In this document: positions 34,001-46,959 of the stretch, one piece after another
How positions within the stretch are numbered: position 1 is the first letter of the stretch
Layout: every line of letters begins with the position of its first letter
Origin: Centroscyllium fabricii
Lineage: Eukaryota
DNA length: 64,000 nucleotides
Assembly: GCA_051313645.2 (NCBI GenBank)
Contig: JBNRSN020000013.1
Span: 74,958,001 to 75,022,000 of the forward strand
Direction of reading: 5' to 3'
The notes under the pieces: model-generated
Seen by the model: the letters and a program-made list of their open reading frames with translations, nothing else
What the model was told of the DNA's origin: nothing
Databases searched by the model: none
Program-made: the position numbers and the translations under genes

Positions 34001-35585
34001 GGATACCCTCACACGAGCATTCTGCTCCGCCGTGTCACCCTCTACTCTCGTGGACGTCCATGATGGATTGTGTCATCCTGGCGTTACCCGCATGTTACAC
34101 TTCGTGCGATCACGGAATCTCCCTTTTTCTACCGGGGATGTCAAGAAGATGTGCTCGGACTGCAGAGTCTGTGCAGAATTAAAGCCTCAGTTTTTCCGCC
34201 CCTCGGGTGGTACGCTCATACATGCGACCCAGCCGATGCAATGGCTTAGCATTGATTTTAAGGGCCCGTTGCCTTCTTCAACTCGAAACACTTATTTACT
34301 GACCATGGTCGACGAATATTCCCGTTTTCCGTTTGCCTTTCCCTGCCCCAATATGCTGTCATCCACCGTTATCAGCTGCCTTGAACAGGTATTTTCTTTC
34401 TGTGGCATGCCGTCTTACGTTCACTCGGATCGGGGTCCTTCCTTCATGTCAGGAGAACTCAAGGCTTATCTCTCGGATCGGGGCGTTGCTACCAGTAAAA
34501 CGACGCCTTATCATCCTGTCGGGAATGGGCAAATCGAACGGTATAATGGCATCCTTTGGAATTCTGTACGTCTAGCTTTGAAATCTCGGGGCTTGCCCAT
34601 CCAGCAATGGGAAGCAGTACTCCCAGACGCATTGCATTCTACACGGTCCCTTCTTTCGACCGCCACGAATATGACTCCCCATGAACGATTCTTTCAATTC
34701 CAGCGTCGCTCATCCTCCGGGATCTCTCTTCCATCGTGGCTGACTACACCAGGACCGGTGTTACTCCGGAGACATGGCCGGGCATCCAAGAATGACCCCC
34801 TTGTAGATGAGGTGGAACTGACTGATATCAACCCGACCTATGCATATATCCGATATCCTGACGGTCGGGAATCCACTGTGTCGTTACAGGATCTGGCTCC
34901 CTGCCCGCCGAAACTTACTGGGACACCTGGGGATGGTGATTTGCCAGGCGCATCTCTGTGCTCGCCAGGTACCCCTCACCAGGATCTGGATCTGACGCTG
35001 GCTGGCACTTCACTCCAGGATACAAACCGGAGGCAGACCGACTATGAGCCCGTTGGGGCTCGCACACGCAGCCACGATCCACCACGTTCTACACGCCCAG
35101 AAACGAATCTACCACAGACCTACTCAACACCCGTTCGGGCTCAAACGCAAAGCCATGCTCTCCCAGACCCTTCACAGGGCGGGCCAGACCACACGGATTC
35201 TGATCAATGGCCCACGGCACGTAAACGGGCTAGAGACCCTCTATCACCATGTGAACCCAAACGGGTGCGACTCTCCCTCATTCGACGGATACGTAATGAA
35301 GGGAGGATTCCGGCCTCCTACTCTTTTGGGAGGGAGGCGGCCTCCTAATCTTTTGGGAGGGAAGAATGTGATAATACAGAACAGCTTCTATCTGCTTACA
35401 TCACTTCCGGGGTCCTATGAACTTTTGTATGATGTCACTTCCTGTAACTAGCCCAGTATAAATACTGGGCTACTCACTATGATTTAGTAAGAGGCATAGT
35501 GAAGACCTCTTTTGTATGTAGCACCTTTATAAGTTGATTAAAGCTTACCTTAAGTTCCTATCGTGTAAGTTTCATTCTTACAACA
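31063..35585 (+). mobile_element. Gypsy LTR retrotransposon G4 (divergent member of the tRNA-PBS-less clade), nested in G3
   Basis: 219-bp LTRs 31063-31281 and 35367-35585 (2 mismatches seen) and TSD CAGGC. Confidence 0.96.
31365..35348 (+). pseudogene. gag-pol: gag-pol of G4 with one in-frame TGA at 32043-32045
   Basis: ORFs 31365-32045 and 32172-35348 are in frame; zinc knuckles lie just after the stop; LIDSGS, YLDN, ECDAS and integrase motifs follow. Confidence 0.93.
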
Positions 35586-38507
35586 CAGGCCACCTTCCCT
35601 TACCTGGACAATGTGACCATCTGCGGCCACGACCAGCAGGACCACGATGCCAATCTGGCCAAATTTCTCGCCACGGCGGCTAAGCTACACCTCACGTATA
35701 ACAAAGACAAATGTGTCTTTAATACAGCCCGGCTCGCCATCCTCGGATACGTGGTGGAGAACGGGGTCCTCGGCCCCGACCCACAGCGTATGCGACCCTT
35801 GCAAGAACTGCCCCTACCTCACAACCCCAAAGCCTTGAGGAGATGTCTAGGATTTTTTCCTATTATGCACAATGGGTCCCACAGTTCGCAGATAAGGCTA
35901 GACCACTCCTCAAGGCTGCCATCTTCCCCCTTTCTGTGGAAGCCCAAACGGCATTCGCAAGGATAAAGGAAGATATTATCAAGGCGACCATGCTTGCTGT
36001 TGATGAATCCATCCCTTTCCAGGTGGAGAGTGACGCTTCGGACTTTGCCCTTGCTGCCACCCTGAATCAGGCAGGCAGGCCCGTAGCGTTTTTCTCCCGC
36101 ACCTTACAGGGACCCGAAACTCGCCACTCAGCAGTGGAAAAGGAGGCCCAGGCCATCGTGGAGGCCGTGCGCTACTGGCATCATTACCTGGCCGGTAAGC
36201 GTTTTACCCTGCTCACCGACCAACGGTCGGTGGCGTTTATGTTTAACAATAAACTACGGGGTAAAATCAAGAATGATAAGATCCTGCGGTGGCGGATCGA
36301 ACTCTCGACTTACGAGTACGACATTCTTTACCGACCAGGCAAACTCAACGAACCCCCGGACGCACTATCCAGGGGAACGTGCGCCAGTGCCCAGCTAGAC
36401 CGGCTGAAGGACCTCCACGACCGCCTTTGCCACCCGGGTGTCACCAGACTCGCCCATTTCGTCAAATCCCGTAGCCTCCCCTACTCCATCACGGAGATCA
36501 AGGCTATAACCCGAGAGTGCCCTGTCTGCGCCGAGTGCAAACCCCACTTTTTCCGGCCAGACACGACGCACCTCATCAAGGCCACCCGCCCCTTTGAACG
36601 TTTCAGCGTGGACTTCAAAGGCCCCCTCCCTTCCACCGACCGCAACTCATACTTCCTCACGGTAGTGGATGAGTTCTCCCGCTTCCCCTTCGCCTTCCCA
36701 TGCCCAGACATGATGAGCGCAACGGTGATCAAACACTTCACCACGCTGTTCGCCATTTTCGGTCTCCCCAGCTACATCCATAGCGACCGGGGGTCATCGT
36801 TCATGAGCGATGAACTGCGCCAGTTTCTGCTCCAGAGAGGGGTTGCCACGAGCAGAACGACCAGTTATAACCCCCGGGGGAATGGCCAGGTAGAAAGGGA
36901 GAATTGGATTATCTGGAAGGCGGTCACCCTGGCTCTGAAGTCCAGAGGCCTTCCAGTGTCCCATTGGCAGGCAGTCCTCCCAGATGCGCTGCACTCTATC
37001 AGATCACTGTTATGTACTGCTACTAACGCCACCCCGCACGATCTTATTTTTTCGTTTAACAGGAGGTCGACTTCGGGGACAGCACTCCCTCCATGGCTGA
37101 CGACTCCGGGGACGGTTTTGCTTAAAAGGCACGTCCGGAACCACAAGATGGACCCGCTGGTGGACAAAGTACAGCTCCTACACGCGAACCCGCACTACGC
37201 CTTCGTGCAGTTCCCAGACGGGCGTGAGGACACCCTGTCCATCAGGGACCTGGCCCCTGCCGGAAACACCACCACAGCGCCCCCTGTGGGCCAGCAGGTC
37301 GTTCAACCACCAGACACAAGATGGCCCCCGAGTTTCCCCGACTGCGACCCGGACGGCGGGGACCAGCCGAGCCCACCGCCACCCGAAGTCACAGCGCCGG
37401 CAGATGCGGGCTATTCGACCCAGGAGGCATCACCACCAACACCGGAGCTTCGGCGGTCCTCCAGGCAGGCACGACCGCCGGACAGATTAATTATGAACTG
37501 TTCGATCCATTCACCCCCCCCCCCCCCGGACTCAAAGTTTTTAAGAAGGGGTGAATGTGGTAACCGTCTTATATCTATATTACCACTGTATCACCATGGC
37601 TAATGATGGGCTGTGCAGATGTTAGGCACAGCCCGGTTTACTGTGACACTGTTGGGAGCCAGGTCAGCCACACCCCCGACTCCTCCCCCAGGTGAGGCCC
37701 CGATATAGGTGTGGTCTGACCGAGGCTCCATCCATTCCTGTATAGTAGTTCGTAAGGAGAGTAGCTCTGTTCTTTAGTAATTAAAAGCCTTTAGTTTCGG
37801 TAACTACGCGTCGACTCTTTTAATTGAAGACCTTGACGATACGTCAGGTCAATCAAGGGAAAATAGCATGGGTTGGCCAGAGGTTGATGGAGGCGGGACT
37901 GAAACCCGACAAGTGGGAGTCCCGCATCCAAAAGCTTCCCATTGAGAAAATTACCCCCTCTGTGTCTGAAGAATTGTGGGCTCATGTCCTTCTGTCAGCA
38001 CTTACCTGAGGCCTTCATTACGATCCTCCAGCGCATGGTGTGGAACCATGATCAAGTCTTGATAAATTACAAAGGAATCCTTTGGTAAAAATTCACTGCA
38101 GTTCAACATTCTTGTCAAAAGCAGGAGGAGGAAACACACCACTTACTTGCTGTACCTCCAGGAAGCTGCTGTCACCTTAAGTTCCTGTAGGTTTTTAAAT
38201 CTTGCAGAAACAAGTTTCCTTTCCTTCCAGTGATTTACTCCTGTGTTACACCGGAGTTACTCTCCTAGCCTGCTAATCAAATGCTAATGAGTGGATCCCC
38301 CAATTTCTAGCATTGCTGCAGCTTAAACAGTCCTGTGGATTTTTGAGCCATTGTTTTTAATCTTACAGACTGACTGCCATGCCTAATTGAGACTGAAAGA
38401 CAGACATAAAGTAGGTTAGAGAGAGAGTGAAGGGGAAAGAGATGTGTCAGTGCACTTAAGAGAAAAGTAATGAAAGAAGTGCAAAAACACACCATCAAGG
38501 GGGTAAA

Positions 38508-38903
38508 CATAGAAACTAGGAGCAGGAGTAGGCCATTTGGCCCTTCGAGCCTGCTCCGCCATTCAATGAGATCATGGCTGATCATCCAAACCCAGTACCC
38601 CGCCCCTGCCCTCTCCCCATATCCCTCGATCCCTATCGAGCCTCCATCAACACATATCCCACCCTATCCCCGTAACCCCACCTATTTAATCCCCCTAACA
38701 CTAAGGGTCAATTTATCATGGCCAATCAACCTAACCCCGCACATCTTTGGACTGTGGGAGGAAACCGGAGCACTCGGAGGAAACCCACGCAGACACGGGG
38801 AGAATGTGCAAACTCCACACAGATAGGACCCAAGGCTGGATTTGAACCCGGGTCTCCAGTGCTGTGAGACAACAGTGCTATCCACTGTGCCACCGTGCCG
38901 CCC
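38508..38903 (-). mobile_element. Full-length tRNA-derived HE1-type SINE with an extended CR1 tail
   Basis: Head GGCGGCACGGTGGCACAGTGG (A box) ... GGTTCAAATCC (B box); tail homologous to CR1 11385-11490. Confidence 0.88.
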
Positions 38904-39364
38904 TAATTTTAACGTGGAAGAGTACGTGAGTTTGGGTGCGGGTGGGGGGTTAAAACCAGCAAAAATATCAGCGCGTTGAGAAGTCGGTTCCAACCCGCCG
39001 ACTTCTACATTTCACTGGCGCGTGTTAGGCTGCGTGTGTGCAACCCCCTCGGGAGAGGTGGATTGCCAATTAACACATGTGAATCGCTCAATTAGAGAGA
39101 CATTGACCTAGATTTTTGTGCTAATCGTTGGATCCACGGGTTTCCTGGACTTCCTGGACTTCACCAGTGAAAGCAAGGCGAGTACACAGCGACAATTGAG
39201 GAGCTGAATCAATCTCAGGGAAATATGCCAATAAATACTCAGTACTCGTAGCTGCTTTCTTACCTACTAGTGGGAAGGGGTTTGCTCTCTGTACCTTTGC
39301 TTTAAAGGTTTCATCTGCATTTTGGAGGTCTGCTCTACACTTTGGAGGTCTGATCGATCAGATA

Positions 39365-40000
39365 GGAACATAGGAACATAGAAAGAGGAGTAGGCCATTC
39401 AGCCCCTTGAGCCTGTTCAGCCATTCAATGAGATCATGGCTAATCTGCGATCTATATACCCGCCTTTGGCCCATATCCCTTAGTACGTTTGGTTATCGAA
39501 AAGCTATCAATCTCCGATTTAAAATGAACAATTGATCTAGCATCAATTGCCGTTTGCGGAAGAGAGTTCCAAACTTCTACCACCCTTTGTGTGTAGAAGT
39601 GTTTCCTAATTTCACTCCTGAAAGGTCTGGCTCTAATTTTTAGAATATGCTCACTAGTCCTCGAATATCCAACCAGCGGAAATAGTTCCAAATCTGTTCC
39701 CCTTATCCCCTTAACCTTCTAAATTCTAGGGAATAAAACCCTGATTTGTGTAATCTCTCCTTGTAACTTAACCTGTGAAGTCCGGGTATCATTCTGGTAA
39801 ATCTCTGCTGCACTTCCTCCAAGGTCAATATATCCTTCCTACGATGTGGTGCCCAGAACTGCTCACAGTACTCCAGGTGTGGGCTAACCAGGGCTTTGTA
39901 TAGCTGCAGCATAATTTCTACCCCTTTGTACTCTAATCTTCTGGATATAAAGGCCAGCATTCCATTAGATTTTTGGATTATATTCTGTACCTGTTCATGA
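39365..40000 (-). mobile_element. CR1 LINE 3' fragment with an internal deletion
   Basis: LYKALVSPHLEYCEQFWAP, YTQRVVEVWNSLP and a (GTTCCTAT)n tail. Confidence 0.92.
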
Positions 40001-40009
40001 CAGATCAGG

Positions 40010-41213
40010 ATGGGTACCACTTATGCTGCCTTAGATGATGACCAATCTGACCAGCAACAGCACCAGCAACAGCCTGTGGGTCACAGACCTGTAGCTTCAC
40101 AGGGGAGAGGGGAGCAGCAGAGAGGTGCAGCTTGCAGAGAGGTGCAGCTTGCAGGAGGCCATACTCGGCAAACAGGGTGTATAGGCAGAGGATAAGCTTC
40201 CTCGACATGTCTGAACAGCAGTGTGTCAGGACGCTCAGTGTGTCACGCCAGGTGATAACAGACATTTGCAGCCTGCTGCAAGTTAGACCTGGTGCCATAG
40301 AAACATAGAAACTAGGAGCAGCAGTAGGCCATTCGGCCCTTCGAGCCTGCTCCGCCATTCAATGAGATCATGGCTGGTCATCCAAACCCAGTACCCTGTC
40401 CCTGCCTTGTCCCCATATCCCGATCGAGCCTGCACCGACACATATCCCACCCTATCCCCGTAACCCCACATATCAATCCCCCCAGCACTAAGGGTCAATT
40501 TATCATGGCCAATCAACCTAACCCGCACATCTTTGGACTGTGGGAGGAAACCGGAGCACCCAGAGGAAACCCACGCAGACCCGGGAGAATGTGCAAACTC
40601 CACACAGATAGTACCCGAGGCTGGATTTGAACCCGGGTCTCTAGTGCTGTAAGGCAACAGTGCTAACCACTATGCCACCATGCTTCACCAGTGGTTGCCA
40701 AAGTCACCACCACCCTCGGCTGTTTTGCTTCTGGCTCCTTCCAGGGCTCTGTCGGAGACATTTGCAGGATCGCCCAGTTGGTGGCACACAAATGCATACG
40801 ACAGGTGACTGATGGCTTGTTTGCCAGGGCCACCAATTATGTCAACTTTGCCTGCGATGACGCCAGTCAGAATGAGCAGGTGCTCAGGTTTGTAGTTCTG
40901 GCTGACTTCCCACAGGTGCAGGGCGTCATCAACTGCGCATATGTGGCAATCCGGGCGTCCCCAGATCAACCAGGAGTGTTCGTCAACCGCAAGTGCTTCC
41001 ACTGCATCAATGTGCAGCTGGTGTGCAACCACAAAAAGATCTTTATGCAGGTGTGCGCATGATTCCTGGGCAGCTGCCATGATACTTTTGTCCTGCAGCA
41101 GTTCATCCTCCCTGCTCTCTTCGCTGCTCAGAGACAAGAGACACCTACTTAAAACGTGACTGATGACACCTCTCAGAAACCCGAGGAATGAGGCCCAACA
41201 GCGATATAATGAA
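40010..41213 (+). pseudogene. Harbinger (HARBI1-like) DDE transposase of H1, N-terminal part
   Basis: KVTTTLGCFASGSFQ, FPQVQGVINCAYVAI, NRKCFHCINVQLVCNH, LMTPLRNP; interrupted by SINE 40296-40684; continues at 61143. Confidence 0.88.
40296..40684 (-). mobile_element. HE1-type SINE with an extended CR1 tail
   Basis: Homologous over its full length to 38508-38903. Confidence 0.88.
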
Positions 41214-41378
41214 GAGAATCATAGAATGGTTACAGCACAGAAGGAGGCCATTCAGCCCATCGAGCCCGTGCTGGCTCTCTGCAAGAGTAATTCAGCTAGT
41301 CCCAATCCCCCGCCCTTTCCCCGTAGCCCTGCAATTCTTTTCCTTCAGGTACTTATCCAATTCCCTTTTAAAAGCCAT

Positions 41379-44300
41379 TGTGGCAGGTCCACATCCCACT
41401 GTGTATAGCTGTACATAACCTCCATGTATATAATTCTCTGTAACTGTATATGTAACTTACTTATGTACGAGGCATGGCCCCTTTAAGAGCGCAGGAAATG
41501 CGGACCCATGTGATGACACGCGGTGACATCATCACGCTGGGCTCGGGCTTGTTCAGACAGTGTGATCAGCGACTTGATAGAGTAAAGACCTGTTTTGTTA
41601 CTGTTCCTTCATGTGGACTACGTTTCTTCAGCTTAGACTGCTACATTGGTGACCCCGAGTTGATGAACGTATTCACCAGCTTTCACAACATTATGGCATC
41701 AAACGCTGTGGCCCTGAAGCTGCCTTCATTCTGGGAACAACAGGCGCCCGCGTGGTTCGTACACGTCGAGGCCCAATTCACCCTGCGGGACATCATGGAG
41801 GACAACACCAAGTTTCTGCACGTTGTCTCCAGCCTCGACAGTTCTACAGCCTCCCAGGTCCTCGGCCTCCTCGAAAGTCCACCGGGTAACGGCAAGTATG
41901 ACACTTTAAAACATAGAAACATAGAAACATAGAAGATAGGAGCAGGAGTAGGCCATTCGGCCCTTCGAGCCTGCTCCGCCATTCAATGAGATCATGGCTG
42001 ATGATCCAAACCCAGCACCCCGCCCCTGCCCTCTCCCCATATCCCTCGATCCCTATACCGACACATATCCCACCCTATCCCCGTAACCCGACATATTCAA
42101 TCCCCCTAACACTAAGGGTCAATTTATCATGGCCAATCAACCAAACCCGCACAAAAGCTAGACGACTGCAGGTCTTCAGCCTCTCCAAGGATGAGCGAGC
42201 CCTTTGACTGCTCACGTTGCCTGGCCTTGGGGACTCAACACCCTCCCAATTGATGAGCCAAATGCTCACGCTGCTCAGATCAGAACCTGAATGCTTTCTC
42301 TTCAGGGCGTTGTTCCTAAGCCAGTTATCCGAGCAGGTTCAGGTTGCCCTCGCGGGTTCATTGATCACCGACTACGCCGAACTCGTGGCCGAAGCTGATA
42401 AAATTTTCGCCGTCACCAGACACAGTTGCGCCGCCACGAGGTACCCCGCCCCCGCGAACAACGCCCCGGCTCGCTAGGCTGCAGGCCTCTGTTTATATCA
42501 TGTAAGGTGCGGCGCGAAAGCACAATGCTGCCGCCCCCCACACGTTCTCCTCAAAAAAAAACCTGAACAACTGAGCCCGCAGCCACGGCGGACCACTTCT
42601 AGCCGTTCTCCCGCAGCAATACTGGCAGTCGGTTTGGCAGGGAAACTCCTGTTTATAACGAACTCCCTTTCGGGTCGGCGGTTCCTCTGCGACACCAGCG
42701 CGCAGTGCAGCATTCTGCCTGCGTCTACCCTCGACACCCAGGCTGGACAGCGCGGAGCTCCCCTCGAAGCAGCAAATGGCGCCACGATCCAAACCTTTGG
42801 CAAGCAGCGGGTGGAAGTTTGTTTTGAGGGGTAACACTTCCACTGGGATTTCGTCATGGCTACGATTTCCCAGCCTCTTCTCGGTGTCGATTTTCTATAC
42901 GCCCATGGCCTCCTTGTAGACTTTGGCGGCTCATTAATGCGGCCACCTTCCAGTCGCTGCTGTGTCAGCGCAGCAACACGACGGCACGCACTGTCTCATG
43001 TGCCTCCCCTGCGCCCGATGAATATTCTCACCTACTGGGCGAATTCCCCTGCCTCACACAACCCACCTTCTCATGTGCATCAGCCAAGCATGGCGTGGAG
43101 CACCACATCTCCACCAACGGCCCCCCGGTCTACGCGCGGGCTCGGTGTCTGGAACCTGGCAAAGTGGTGGTGGCGAAGGTGGAGTTTGCCACGATGGAGC
43201 GGCTGGAGATTATTCGCAGGTCCAGTAGTCCCTGGTCCTCACCTCTACACATCGTCCCAAAACCTGGCGGCGGATGGCGGCCCTGCGGTGACTACCGTCG
43301 ACTGAATGATGCCACCACACCGGATCATTACCCAATCCCACATATACTGGATTTCTCCGGGCACTTGGCGGGCAATACCATATTTTCAAAGGTAGACCTA
43401 GTCCGAGGCTACCACCAAGTTCCCGTGCACCCGAAGGATGTTCAGAAGACCACAGTTATCACTCCGTTCGGCCTCTTTGAATTTCTTAGGATGCCCTTCA
43501 GTCTGAAGAACACCGCCCAAACTTTCCGGCGCTTGATGAACCCCGTGCTTCGGGATCTTAAATTCAGCTTTGTCTATCTCGACGACATCTTGGTGGCCAG
43601 CCCAAACAAATTGGAGCATCTTACGCACCTGCGTGCCCTGTTTCAGCACTTGAGCCAGCACGGGCTCATAGTCAACCTGGCCAAATGCCAGTTTGGCTTG
43701 AGCCAGATTGACTTCCTCGGCCATTGAATCTCGGCTGAAGGAGCAGTCCCCCTACTGGCTAAGGCGCAAGCGGTGTCAGCCTTCACACGCCCCCAGACGG
43801 TCAAATCCATACCAGAATTTCTCGGCATGGTGAACTTCTACCACAGGTTTGTGCCGAAAGCAGCACTCCTCATGCGGCCCCTGTATGGAGCTATCAAAGG
43901 CAAGTCCGGCAAAAACCCAGTCCAATGGACAGCTGAAATGTCTCTGGCTTTCGACAACGTGAAGCTCGCATTGGCCAATGACACCATGCTAGCGCACCCT
44001 CTGCCTGGTGCCACCATAGCCCTCACGACCGACACGTCCGACTATGCCATCGGGACCTTCCAGCAACAATGGGTCGACGGCGCATGGCAACCCCTGGTGT
44101 TCTTCAGCTGGCAGCTCCGGCAAATGAGAGGGCTTACAGCACCTTTGACCGTGAGTTGCTCACCCTGTTCTTAGTGATCAGGTACTTTCGCTTCCTCCTG
44201 GAAGGTTATCCCTTTACGGATTTTGTAGACCACAAGCCACTGACGTTCGCGATGTCCAAGACCACCGAACCGTGGTCCACGCGGCAGCAGCGTCAACTCC

Positions 44301-46030
44301 CATTCATCTCGGAGTTCACTACCGATATTTGACACGTGGCTGGCAAAGAGAACATGGTAGCGGATTGCCCCTCCCGCCCAGCCCTACATGCCGTCCAATT
44401 AGGCATTGATTATGCTCGCATGGCGGCGGACCAGCTCACCGACGCGGATGTACAGTCCTGTAGGACAGCAGCCACGGGACTCTAGCTGGCCGACGTCCAT
44501 TTTCATGCAGCAGGTACCACCTTGCCCTGTGACGTCTCCATCAAAGACCCTCAGCCCATCGTTCCAGCCACTTGGCGGCACCAGGTTTTTGACGCAGTTC
44601 ACGGGCTTTCACACCCGGGCATAAAAGCCTCCCAAAATCTGATGGCGGTGAAGTTTGTTTGGCACAGTCTCCACAAAGATGTCCGGGACTAGGCGAACAC
44701 CTGTCTGGTCTGCCAAAAATCCAAGACACACCGACACGTCAAGGCGCCTCTCACACCTTTCACAGTACCAGAACGCAGATTCGACCACATCCACATGGAC
44801 TTAGTAGGCCCCCTTCCACCGTCTCATGGCTACTCTCATATTTTGACGATGGTGGACCGCACTACAAGATGGCCAGGGAAAATTTCACTTGCCTCCACCA
44901 CCGCAGCGGATGTGGCCAGAGCATTCCTCGCAACATGGGTTACCAGGTTCGGCGTCCCTGCCGATACCTCATCGGACAGAGGCCCGCAATTTACCTCACA
45001 GCTCTGGAACGCGGTCGCCCAGGGACTCGGCACCAAGCTTCACCGGACCACCGCTTATCACCCGCACGCAAATGGTCTCTGCGAAAGATTTCACCGTTCG
45101 ATGAAGGCCGCACTGAGGGCCAGTCTCCAAGGTGCCGGCTGGGTAGATAAGCTGCCGTGGGTCCTGCTGGGACTCCGCACTGCTCCTAATGAGGATTTGC
45201 ATTCCTCCCCCACAGAATTAGTCTATGGTCAACCTCTCAAGGTTCCAGGTGACTTTATTCCTATGGCCACCGAGTCCAGGTCTGCATCCGCACAACTGGC
45301 ATACCATCAGGAAGCTGCCAGATGTTTCCGCCCGGTCCCCACTTCGCAACATATCTTTCAACGTTCTCACGCGTCCAAGGAGCTTCACGACGCCGAGTAT
45401 GTTTTCATTCGGCAAGATGCCCACAGAGCTCCCCTCCAGGCCCTGTATACTGGGCCTTTCCATGTGTTAGAAGTGGGTGTGAAATCTTTCACCCTCGACA
45501 TGGGAGGCAAAGCCGATCATGTCTCTGTGGATCACCTCAAACCGGCGCATCTAGATCATGATTCCCCGGTGCAGCCGGCGCAGCCACCGAAATGTGGAAG
45601 GCCTCCTGCCGGCATCCTCCCTGAAACACCGCAGCCGCCCGCGAGTCCGCCCTCCTGCCAACCCACCAGTCTGCCAGTCCTCCAGCCCGCCAGTCCGCCA
45701 GCCACACCGCAGCTTCCGTCGTCTGGATACTGCAGCCGCCTCTGCGTTTGACTATGTGGCAGGTCCATATCCCATTGTGTATAGCTATACATAACTTCCA
45801 TGTACATAATTCTCTGTAACTGTATATGTAACTTACTTATGTATGGGGTGTGGCCCATTTAAAAGCGCGGGAAACACGGACCCACGTGATGACATGCGGT
45901 GACGTCATCACGTTGGGCGCGGGTTTGTTCAGCCAGTGTGATCAATGACTTGATAGAGTAAAGACCTGTTTTGTTACTGTTCCTTCGTGTGGACTCCGTT
46001 TCTTCAGCTCGGAATACTTAGATTCCTATA
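41379..46030 (+). mobile_element. Older CsRn1-like Gypsy element C2 with decayed gag-pol (about 41693-45751)
   Basis: Diverged LTRs 41379-41645 and 45755-46030, TSD CCAT, tRNA-Trp PBS TGGTGACCCCGA, LKLPSFW gag start, YLDD, many stops. Confidence 0.93.
41912..42150 (-). mobile_element. 5'-truncated HE1-type SINE in the gag of C2
   Basis: Homologous to 38508-38740 with a (GTTTCTAT)n tail. Confidence 0.85.
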
Positions 46031-46959
46031 CCATGATTGAATCTGTCTCCACCACCCTTTCAGGCAGTGCATTCCAAATCCTAACCACTCGCTGCGTAAA
46101 AACGTTTTTCCTCATGTTGCTTTTGGTTCCTTTGCCAATCACCTTAAACCTGTGTCCTCTGGTTCTCGACCCTTCTGCCAATGGGAACAGTTTCTCTCTA
46201 TCTGCAGTGGGGACAGTTTCTCTCTGTCTAGACCCATCATAATTTGGAACACGTCTATCAAATCTCCTCACAACCTTCTCTGCTCTCGGGAGAACAACTC
46301 CAGCTTCTCCAGTCTATCCACGTAACTAAATTCCCTCATCGCTGGAACCATTCTTGTAAATCTTTTCTTCACCCTCTCTAAGGGCTTCACATCCTCCCTA
46401 AAGTGCGGTGCCCAGAATTGGACACAATACTCCAGTTGAGGCCAAACCAATGGGGTCAATTTTCCTGGAGCCGACAGGTGGCTTTTTCGGCGGCTGGGGA
46501 GGGAAAATCGCAAAAACGGGGAGTTGCGACCCCTCCATCTGTTATCCCGCCAGCTTGTCAGTTTCACCTCGGCGGGTCCGATTGGCCCGCTTCAGTCCCG
46601 CCCGGCATCGGCGGGGATGGTCATAAGCGTCCTTAATGAGCAATAATTGGCATCGGTAATGCCATTTTAAGGGCCCATAACTATTTTGATCTTTTTCCCA
46701 CATTAAACACGCCTGGTGGGAACACCGCCGTTGAAACCTGGCGGAGACACTGTTGAGCTGCTGACTATCAGCAGCAGGTCAATCAAAAAGGAAGATTTGT
46801 AAGCAGCCATCATTTGCAGGTGGCAGTACTTAGTTGTTTCAGGCCTGGGGCAGCTTGCTCCAGGCTAAACCAGACAAGCGGAAGGTTGCAGCCTCACACA
46901 GTTCTCCAGTGTGACCTCCTGGGAAAGCCCTCTCGCCACCTCCACTCAGCGCATCCTCA

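Larger units (their letters stand above)
28819..37555 (+). pseudogene. gag-pol: gag-pol of G3; protease active site deleted, frameshifted, RT interrupted by G4
   Basis: The segment equivalent to G2 KVNGHVTNCLFDTGSTES is missing near 30255. RT reads ...QNDLQA, then the G4 insertion, then TFPYLDN. Confidence 0.9.
28503..37846 (+). mobile_element. Gypsy LTR retrotransposon G3 (tRNA-PBS-less clade), close relative of G2
   Basis: 291-bp LTRs 28503-28793 and 37556-37846 (2 mismatches seen), TSD GGTCA, PPT TTTTTAAGAAGGGGTGAA. Confidence 0.96.
18424..37958. mobile_element. Non-autonomous Harbinger element (about 0.8 kb) expanded by four nested LTR elements
   Basis: Termini GGGGGCGATTATG / GAAAATTACCCCC with TSD TCT. 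Joining 18960-19091, 28461-28502 and 37852-37958 gives a sequence homologous to the uninterrupted terminus at 57065-57333. Confidence 0.8.

Noticed and set aside
38830-38903. tRNA gene
   Set aside because: The A and B boxes belong to a SINE head that continues into the SINE body.
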